Source: an uncultured Gammaproteobacteria bacterium
GTDB taxonomy: Bacteria; Patescibacteriota; Microgenomatia; UBA10105; UBA927
NCBI GenBank assembly: GCA_964527425.1
Contig: CAZGOA010000002.1
Span: forward strand, 73,346 to 137,345
DNA: 64,000 nucleotides
Reading direction: 5' to 3'
The number at the start of each line of letters is the position of its first letter. Position 1 is the first letter of the stretch. A program made the position numbers and the translations under genes. The notes beneath the pieces are model-generated. The model ran no database searches and was not told the origin of the DNA. It saw only the letters and a list, made by a program, of their open reading frames with translations. Below, one piece after another: positions 38,392 through 45,295 of this stretch.

Positions 38392-38474
38392 CCAAGATAG
38401 CAGCTGCCAGATGTGAGTACTTACAAATACTAATTCGATCACTTCTTAAGGTTATGAAATGATACAATAGCTCC

Positions 38475-39395
38475 ATGATTTCTTTTGTTTATAAACGAGC
38501 CCATGATACTGTTCCCCAAACCAGAGATGAATTTACTTATGGTGCATGGGTACATGTAGAATCTCCAACAAATGAAGACCTTATATATTTAAGTGATACC
38601 TTTAACTTAGAAAAAAGCTTGTTAACCGATGCATTAGATATCAACGAAGTTCCTCGTATTGAACAAGAAGAAGGTGCCATTTACCTGTTTACCCGCTTTG
38701 TGGTATCTCAAAAAGATAGAGTATTCACAACTCCTGTATTAATTATCTATAGAAAGAAAGTCATTATAACTATTGCTCCCAAAACTGTCCCTCAGGTTAA
38801 TGCCATCATGTCTCAAAAAGGAAACTGGAGTACCTATGACACAGAAGGGTTTGTGCTATTACTCCTCTCTACCTTAAACACTACAGTTGAGCGTTCATTA
38901 AATACCATCTCACGACTCATACAACAATCTAAAATAAAAGCAGAACGAATAGGTACAAAAGAACTATTATTTTTAGTAGATATGGAAAACAGTTTATATG
39001 ACATTAATGGACTTCTAGTACGTTTAGAAAATTTAGTGTCTACTCTCCTGTCTAAGTCATGGTTAAAACGTACAGAAGAACAAGAAGAAATATTAAAAGA
39101 TATTTACTTAGCAATTCAGCAAATGCTAGATATCGTTAAAGAAAATATCAGAACGGTCGTAAATACCCGCGATGCAGTATCAACAATAATGACTGCTAAT
39201 CTTAACCGCGTCATCAAACTCTTTACCTCACTGACGGTCTTGTTAACTGTCCCAATGCTTGTAGCTACATTTTATGGAATGAATGTCACGTTACCGTTGT
39301 CTCAATCTCCTACCGCATTTGTAACGATCATAATGGGTACAATAATCGTATCTTTAGGACTACTTATTTTATTTGTTAAAAATGATTGGTTGTAG
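38475..39395 (+). CDS. corA: CorA-family magnesium/cobalt transporter
   Basis: Cytoplasmic N-domain and two C-terminal TM helices with the YGMN signature (LVATFYGMNVTLP). Confidence 0.7.
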   Translation: MISFVYKRAHDTVPQTRDEFTYGAWVHVESPTNEDLIYLSDTFNLEKSLLTDALDINEVPRIEQEEGAIYLFTRFVVSQKDRVFTTPVLIIYRKKVIITIAPKTVPQVNAIMSQKGNWSTYDTEGFVLLLLSTLNTTVERSLNTISRLIQQSKIKAERIGTKELLFLVDMENSLYDINGLLVRLENLVSTLLSKSWLKRTEEQEEILKDIYLAIQQMLDIVKENIRTVVNTRDAVSTIMTANLNRVIKLFTSLTVLLTVPMLVATFYGMNVTLPLSQSPTAFVTIIMGTIIVSLGLLILFVKNDWL

Positions 39396-40431
39396 CAGAA
39401 AAAGAAGCTTCTATATATGCACGTAACGCTTCTGAAGAATTAATTGGTATCAAGACATATTTCCCCTCATAAAGTCTTTCTTCAGGATGAATAAGTTGTG
39501 ATTCAAGAGATACTTTCTGAAACGATAACACATTACGATTCTGCAGAAATAATCTAATAAACTGTAATATGTCATCCGTTTGCACGTCGGTTATTATGCG
39601 ATTAAGCAGAATGTAATAAAGTTTAGAAACTCGCTCAGCAGAATACCAATCTATCGGATTTTTTAATTTTGATAACACAGCTTCTATCAATTCTTCTTGT
39701 CTTCTTGCACGCGCAAAATCTGTACCCTCATCGCCACTTGCATGCCTGCTTCGAACATATTGTAAAGCTCTTTCTCCATCCATTATTTGATTGCCTGATT
39801 CAAAATTGATTGTTTGATACCGACATCTAAATAATGGATCTCCATTGCATGTATCATTCTCTTTTCCTGCGATTGGAAACTGATTATCAATAAATGGTGT
39901 AGTTACATTTACAGACACACCACCCAATACATTAATAGCCTCTTGAAATGCTTCAAAATCGATAAGAAGAGTGTAATGAACAGGTATACCTGTAATTTCT
40001 TTAATAATCTCTTTGGTAAATCCAATGCCCCCACCTGTGCGTCCTTGAACATTGCCATAATAATATGCAGTATTTATGCGATCTCTTAACGTATCAGACC
40101 AAAGATCCCTGGGAATCGGTAAGATGATTGATCGCTGTGCTCTATTGGTCGATAACGAAATTATTTGAATAGTATCAGTTAAATCAGATCCTTCATGTTG
40201 TTTGCCGCCAATACCTAATAACAATATATTTATTCTTCCATTATGCTGTTGTATCGAATCAGATTTAAGATGAAGGTAGAGATCCAGTATACTTAAACCT
40301 ACAGATTGTAATAGTAGTACTGAGGCAATACTAAATAATAATAGACCAACGACTACACTCATAATACCACTTAAGAAAAGCAGTTTACCTATGCGTCGTT
40401 GTTTAAAAGGCTTCTTGGGATTCATGATCAT
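39376..40431 (-). CDS. LytR-CpsA-Psr (LCP) family cell-wall glycopolymer ligase
   Basis: N-terminal TM and an LCP domain (…INILLLGIGGKQHEGSDLTDTIQIISLS…RDLW…). Confidence 0.75.
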   Translation of the reverse strand: MIMNPKKPFKQRRIGKLLFLSGIMSVVVGLLLFSIASVLLLQSVGLSILDLYLHLKSDSIQQHNGRINILLLGIGGKQHEGSDLTDTIQIISLSTNRAQRSIILPIPRDLWSDTLRDRINTAYYYGNVQGRTGGGIGFTKEIIKEITGIPVHYTLLIDFEAFQEAINVLGGVSVNVTTPFIDNQFPIAGKENDTCNGDPLFRCRYQTINFESGNQIMDGERALQYVRSRHASGDEGTDFARARRQEELIEAVLSKLKNPIDWYSAERVSKLYYILLNRIITDVQTDDILQFIRLFLQNRNVLSFQKVSLESQLIHPEERLYEGKYVLIPINSSEALRAYIEASFSATTNHF

Positions 40432-40485
40432 GAGTTTTTACTATTACGTGTGTCAAAGATTCAAATTGTGATAGGATAATAATTT

Positions 40486-42348
40486 ATGATACCGGATTTA
40501 CTATCTCAGTTAAACACATCACAAAAAAAAGCTGCTGAACATATCAAAGGACCTGGTCTAATTTTAGCTGGTGCAGGAAGCGGAAAAACAAAAGTATTAA
40601 CCTATCGAACTGCAAATCTAATTCTTCATCATCGGGTATCTCCATACAATATTCTTCTTATGACATTTACTAACAAAGCAGCAGGAGAAATGAAACATCG
40701 CATTCAAAATCTTCTAACTACCCATCAGCCAAATTTAACATTAGCAACGCCTTATGCAGGAACATTTCATTCTTTTTGTGTAAAGCTGTTGCGTATAGAT
40801 GGACATACAATAACTATTCCAGATAACTTTGTTATTTTTGATGATCAAGATCAAAGTGATGCAGTAAAACAAGTCATGAAAGAGTTAAATCTTTCGACAA
40901 AGAGCTTTAATCCAAATGCGGTAAAACATACTATCTCATCTGCCAAAAATGAACTTATTTCACCTCAGGAGTACGCGTCATTTGCACGAGGGTATTTTCA
41001 GGAAACGGTATCAACTGTCTACTTTGCATATGAAAAGCTATTAAGAGAAAATGCGGCACTGGATTTTGATGACATACTTGTATTTTCAGTTAAGTTGTTT
41101 AAAGAACGATCAGAAATATTACAAAAGTATCAAGAAAAATATCAATACATCATGATCGATGAATATCAGGATACCAATAAAGTTCAGTATGAACTCTCAT
41201 TGTTACTCTCTGGCAGTCACCAGAATATTGCAGTTGTAGGTGATGCCTCCCAAAGTATCTATAGGTGGAGAGGTGCTGATTTTAGAAATATTAATAACTT
41301 CAAAAAAGACTTCCCTGACGTCATCGAATATCATTTAGATCAGAACTATCGTTCGACACAAGTTATTTTAGATGCTGCCTATGGAGTAATTTCAAGGAAT
41401 ACAACACATCCTGTATTAGAACTCTGGACCGATAATAATGGAGGAGACAGCATAACAGTCTATGAGGCAAGAAATGAACATGACGAAGGAAATTTTCTTG
41501 TTCAAACTATTCTTCAATCTGGAAAGCCTTTTACTGATTTTGCGGTCCTATACAGAACAAATGCTCAGTCCCGCAGTATTGAAGAAGCTTTTCTCCATGC
41601 TGGGATCCCCTATATATTAATCGGTGGAACACGCTTTTATGAAAGAAAAGAAATAAAAGACGTATTAGCGTATATACGATATATAGCCAACCCAAAAGAT
41701 ATGATTTCATACAACAGAATCGAAAAGTTAGGAAAAGGGAGACTTAAAAAATTTCTTGATTTTGCACACACTATTCAACAAGATACTATTCTCGTTAACC
41801 ATACTACTCTAGAAATTCTTGATCTTACGTTAGAGGCATCAGATTATTTATCTTTATATGATGCAAATGTAGAAGAAGAAGCATACAGACTTGAAAACAT
41901 TAAAGAATTGCGATCTGTGGCAACCGAATTTCCTGATGTACTTAACTTTCTTGAAAATGTTGCCCTTGTAGAAAGAGAATATGAACCAGATACCGTTAAA
42001 AAAAGAGAAGAAAAGAGATCAGCAGTAACTTTAATGACAATCCATTCCGCCAAAGGACTGGAATTTTCTACTGTTTTTATGATTGGTATGGAAGAAGGAT
42101 TGTTCCCTCATAGTAGAAGTCTTATGGATAAAGAAGAATTAGAAGAAGAAAGGCGCCTTTGTTATGTAGGAATTACAAGAGCAAAATCATCTCTATATTT
42201 AACATATGCAAACCGACGTATGTTTTTTGGAACAAGAACACACAATATGGTGTCTAGATTTATTTCAGAAATTCCAGAAAAAGTTCTTACATTTCAAGTA
42301 TCACTAGGTTATGACAGAGGATTTCGAGAAGAAGACCTGCTAATCTAG
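40486..42348 (+). CDS. pcrA: UvrD/PcrA-family superfamily-1 DNA helicase (short, 620 aa)
   Basis: Helicase motifs Q, I (AGAGSGKTKVLTYR), II (IMIDEYQDTN), III (VGDASQSIYRWRGA), V and VI (LCYVGITRAK). Confidence 0.8.
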   Translation: MIPDLLSQLNTSQKKAAEHIKGPGLILAGAGSGKTKVLTYRTANLILHHRVSPYNILLMTFTNKAAGEMKHRIQNLLTTHQPNLTLATPYAGTFHSFCVKLLRIDGHTITIPDNFVIFDDQDQSDAVKQVMKELNLSTKSFNPNAVKHTISSAKNELISPQEYASFARGYFQETVSTVYFAYEKLLRENAALDFDDILVFSVKLFKERSEILQKYQEKYQYIMIDEYQDTNKVQYELSLLLSGSHQNIAVVGDASQSIYRWRGADFRNINNFKKDFPDVIEYHLDQNYRSTQVILDAAYGVISRNTTHPVLELWTDNNGGDSITVYEARNEHDEGNFLVQTILQSGKPFTDFAVLYRTNAQSRSIEEAFLHAGIPYILIGGTRFYERKEIKDVLAYIRYIANPKDMISYNRIEKLGKGRLKKFLDFAHTIQQDTILVNHTTLEILDLTLEASDYLSLYDANVEEEAYRLENIKELRSVATEFPDVLNFLENVALVEREYEPDTVKKREEKRSAVTLMTIHSAKGLEFSTVFMIGMEEGLFPHSRSLMDKEELEEERRLCYVGITRAKSSLYLTYANRRMFFGTRTHNMVSRFISEIPEKVLTFQVSLGYDRGFREEDLLI

Positions 42349-42349
42349 C

Positions 42350-42568
42350 CTACATAAAAAATGATATTATTTTTATGGCAGCCAAAATTAATGTACCTAA
42401 TACAATTAATAGGGATAATATAATCTCAATTTCCAGAAATAATCGAGCAATCCCTCTTACACTTCCAAAAGAAAACAACGGGGTTATAAATCGACTATCT
42501 ATCGGTAACCAACTAATAGGATATTCTATCGTTTTTTTATACGATCTCTTGCTTTTTTTTGTTTTCAT
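42350..42568 (-). CDS. Possible small C-terminally anchored membrane protein
   Basis: The internal-Met version is ~72 aa (MKTKKSKRSY…IILSLLIVLGTLILAAIKIISFFM). The longer track ORF overlaps the FemAB start, so this call is weak. Confidence 0.2.
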   Translation of the reverse strand: MKTKKSKRSYKKTIEYPISWLPIDSRFITPLFSFGSVRGIARLFLEIEIILSLLIVLGTLILAAIKIISFFM

Positions 42569-42624
42569 ATCTTCATTGTAACAAACAACACCTACATGGG
42601 ATAATACCTCTATTATAACTTGAT

Positions 42625-43599
42625 ATGCGTAAATCTTCACTTTCAAATAATTTGACAGAAAACTGGAATTCATTAGTAAATCACCCACTTCAATCATATG
42701 AATGGGGTCTATTTCGTGAGAAAACTGGTGTTAAAGTCGTTCGATTTGATGAAACACCACACCCTTATCAATTAACAATACATAAACTTCCCTATCTTCC
42801 TTATAGGATTGGATATCTACCAAAAGGACCACCAATTACTCAAACAATGATAAATACCTTATACAACTATGGGAAAGCACATAACATTATTTTCTTTCAA
42901 TTAGAACCTGATGTTGTAGAAAAATTATCAGACCATACCCCTCAATTTCCGTTTATAAAACCTTCGCATCATCCATTATTTACGAAACATACGTTTATGA
43001 TAGATTTATCAAAAACAGAAGATCAGTTACTTGCTTCTATGCACCCCAAGACTCGATATAACCTAAAAGTCGCTCAAAAACATAAAGTCGTTATAAAAAA
43101 TGATAATTCAAAAGAAGCCTTTACAGAATATCTACGGCTTGTTGAAGAAACAACAAAACGTCAAGGATTTTATGCCCATTCACTTTCCTATCACAAAAAA
43201 ATGTGGGAAACATTATCGCCATCTATCGCTCGGCTTTGGACTGCTTCCTATCAGGGAACTATTGTGGCCGCCTGGATAATATTTTTATGGAAAGAAACTA
43301 TGTATTATCCTTATGGCACCTCTTCTCGAGAATTTCGTAATATTATGGCACCAAATTTATTACTCTGGGAAATTATAAAATGGGGTAAAAAACATAAGTA
43401 CAACTATTTTGATTTATGGGGTGCACTGGGACCGAATCCTGACCAAAACGATCCGTTTTATGGATTTCATCGATTTAAAGCAGGATTTAGTCCAGAATTA
43501 GTTACCTTTATTGGCTCTTTTGATTTAGTTGTAAACCCTTTACTCTATAAACTTTATTGCATCGCAGACACCATCAGATGGAAATTATTAAAGAAATAA
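42625..43599 (+). CDS. FemAB-family aminoacyl-tRNA-dependent peptidoglycan peptide-bridge transferase (FemX-like)
   Basis: 324 aa with FemAB-fold motifs (…KTRYNLKVAQKHKV…, …YYPYGTSSREFRN…, …FYGFHRFKAGF…). Confidence 0.7.
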   Translation: MRKSSLSNNLTENWNSLVNHPLQSYEWGLFREKTGVKVVRFDETPHPYQLTIHKLPYLPYRIGYLPKGPPITQTMINTLYNYGKAHNIIFFQLEPDVVEKLSDHTPQFPFIKPSHHPLFTKHTFMIDLSKTEDQLLASMHPKTRYNLKVAQKHKVVIKNDNSKEAFTEYLRLVEETTKRQGFYAHSLSYHKKMWETLSPSIARLWTASYQGTIVAAWIIFLWKETMYYPYGTSSREFRNIMAPNLLLWEIIKWGKKHKYNYFDLWGALGPNPDQNDPFYGFHRFKAGFSPELVTFIGSFDLVVNPLLYKLYCIADTIRWKLLKK

Positions 43600-43602
43600 T
43601 AA

Positions 43603-43872
43603 GCGAAAAGGTTGGAAGCAAACCATTCCGGGATAGGTGAATATCCGATCGCGGAATGTGGAGAACCAATCACACTAAGTTTTAGCCAAATTAACAACAA
43701 ATATTTAATTAAATTCTTGAGTGTGAGCATTGAAAAAAGAATGAGTAGTTTTCGAGAGAACAATTTAGGGGGGATTCCCCACGAATTGTGGGAGGGGGGG
43801 CGGACAGTCCCCCGAATTGTGAACGAAGAAAACCATTCTTTTTTCACCAGCTCACGAGCTTTTGGTCCTTTT
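43603..43872 (+). other. Intergenic region that looks like a candidate structured RNA of unknown class. It is G-tract-rich and higher in GC than its surroundings, and ends in a small hairpin plus T-tract.
   Basis: A ~300 nt non-coding gap between the two FemAB genes contains a GGGGGG run at 43768-73 and a GGGGGGG run at 43794-800. A repeated CCCC(A)CGAATTGTG(G/A)A unit occurs twice. An AGCTCacgGAGCT hairpin (43849-60) is followed by TTTTGGTCCTTTT. Confidence 0.2.
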
Positions 43873-43888
43873 GGCGATTCAAAAAGAC

Positions 43889-44749
43889 ATGAATAAATGT
43901 ATGGAACTCCAACAATCTCCACTTTATGCAGCATATGTAAAAAAGCTAGGATGGACAATCGAACGGATTGATTCTACAAATATTTTTCTCAAGAAAATTC
44001 CTTTTATAGGAACATTTGCAAAAATACAAAGAATAGAACAACTGCCTGGAGTAGAATCAGTATTAACGTTATTCAGAAAATATCATATTAAGCGAACAGT
44101 CCTAGAAGCAGGACCAAATGTAAATGAACAAGAATTTAAACACTGGTGCAATGAAATTAGTAAGCATGTTACCGTTATTTCTTCCCCTTATATTCCAACA
44201 AAAACCTTACTTGTTGATTTAACTCTTTCTGAAGAAAAAATATTCCAACAATTTTCTGAAGCAAAACGACGAGCAGTAAGAAGAGCCAAAAAAAATAATG
44301 TTATTGTTACGGAGTCACAAAACATTCAAGAACTTATTACCATAAAAAACCGTTCTGCTGGTTTGTTTGGATTTATTACCACACATGGAGTTAAACAATT
44401 ATGGGAAGTATTTTCACCTGAAAAAGCAACTTGTGTATTAGCATACACACAAGATAAAAAACTCATAGGAGGAGTTTTACTTATTTTCTGGGAAGATATA
44501 GCCTATTACTGGATTGCTGGTTCAATCAAACAAGGCAAAAAACTTTTTGCACCAACCCTTCTTGCATACGAGGCCATGAAAATAGCAAAAAAAAGAAATG
44601 CCAAGCAATTTGATTTTGTTGGTGTTTGGGATGAACGCTTTCCCAAAGAAAATAAAGAATGGTTAGGTTTTACTAAATTTAAAGAAGGTTTCGGAGGAAA
44701 AACTCTTTATTATCCAACACATAAACACAGAAATATTAACGCAGCATAG
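43889..44749 (+). CDS. FemAB-family peptidyltransferase, second tandem paralogue
   Basis: FemAB motifs (…KRRAVRRAKKNNV…, …YYWIAGSIKQGKK…, …LGFTKFKEGFGG…). The track start is an alternative TTG codon; ATG at 43889 or 43901 is more likely. Confidence 0.65.
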   Translation: MNKCMELQQSPLYAAYVKKLGWTIERIDSTNIFLKKIPFIGTFAKIQRIEQLPGVESVLTLFRKYHIKRTVLEAGPNVNEQEFKHWCNEISKHVTVISSPYIPTKTLLVDLTLSEEKIFQQFSEAKRRAVRRAKKNNVIVTESQNIQELITIKNRSAGLFGFITTHGVKQLWEVFSPEKATCVLAYTQDKKLIGGVLLIFWEDIAYYWIAGSIKQGKKLFAPTLLAYEAMKIAKKRNAKQFDFVGVWDERFPKENKEWLGFTKFKEGFGGKTLYYPTHKHRNINAA

Positions 44750-44812
44750 AAAAAGAATAATTTTAACCAATACAATATCTCTACGTCTTCAAATAATTAA
44801 CACTGTTAGTAA

Positions 44813-45286
44813 TTACCTTAAGATTGGTATGTTTTTAGGAGTTACCTTATGTTCTAAATATAACTTAATACTCTCTCCATGATCAAAAGCTAAAGACGTA
44901 AAATCGTACTGTAAATCAATAGGTTCCCACTTAATTTCAGGAGTTTCCCAATCTGGTTTACCTGATTGTTTAATAGGTTTCACAATATAATCGATAGAAA
45001 TATTTTGTCTATCTTCATGAGGTCTATCAGGTTTACTATTTATTCTAAATAAACAAACTACTTCACCTTCCCACCCTGTTTCTTCAAATAATTCACGAAC
45101 TACTGCTTGCTCTAACGTTTCATTCCGTTCAACATAACCAGCAGGTAATCCAAACTTACCACCTTCTAGAAAAGACTCATGTCGTTTACCTAATAAAAAT
45201 AAACCATTTTTTTCTACAATTGCATGCACCACTACATGGCGCAAATTATTTGTTGTATTCCCATTCTCAAATGTACACGTCATCAT
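44813..45286 (-). CDS. Nudix hydrolase
   Basis: Nudix box GX5EX7REUXEEXGU is present as GKFGLPAGYVERNETLEQAVVRELFEETGW. Confidence 0.75.
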   Translation of the reverse strand: MMTCTFENGNTTNNLRHVVVHAIVEKNGLFLLGKRHESFLEGGKFGLPAGYVERNETLEQAVVRELFEETGWEGEVVCLFRINSKPDRPHEDRQNISIDYIVKPIKQSGKPDWETPEIKWEPIDLQYDFTSLAFDHGESIKLYLEHKVTPKNIPILR

Positions 45287-45295
45287 AACAATATT

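Noticed and set aside
43612-43896. 94 aa ORF (and an antisense 134 aa ORF at 43554-43958) across the fem-fem spacer
   Set aside because: Their compositions do not look like protein, and they are driven by G-tracts. ORFs occur on both strands. The region is more likely non-coding RNA or regulatory sequence.
43600-43900. Identification of the spacer as tmRNA, SRP RNA or RNase P RNA
   Set aside because: I could not find the tRNA-like 3' end (GGUUCGAAUCC…CCA) or a tag ORF of normal length for tmRNA. The SRP domain IV motif and the RNase P P4 sequences are also absent. It is left unclassified.
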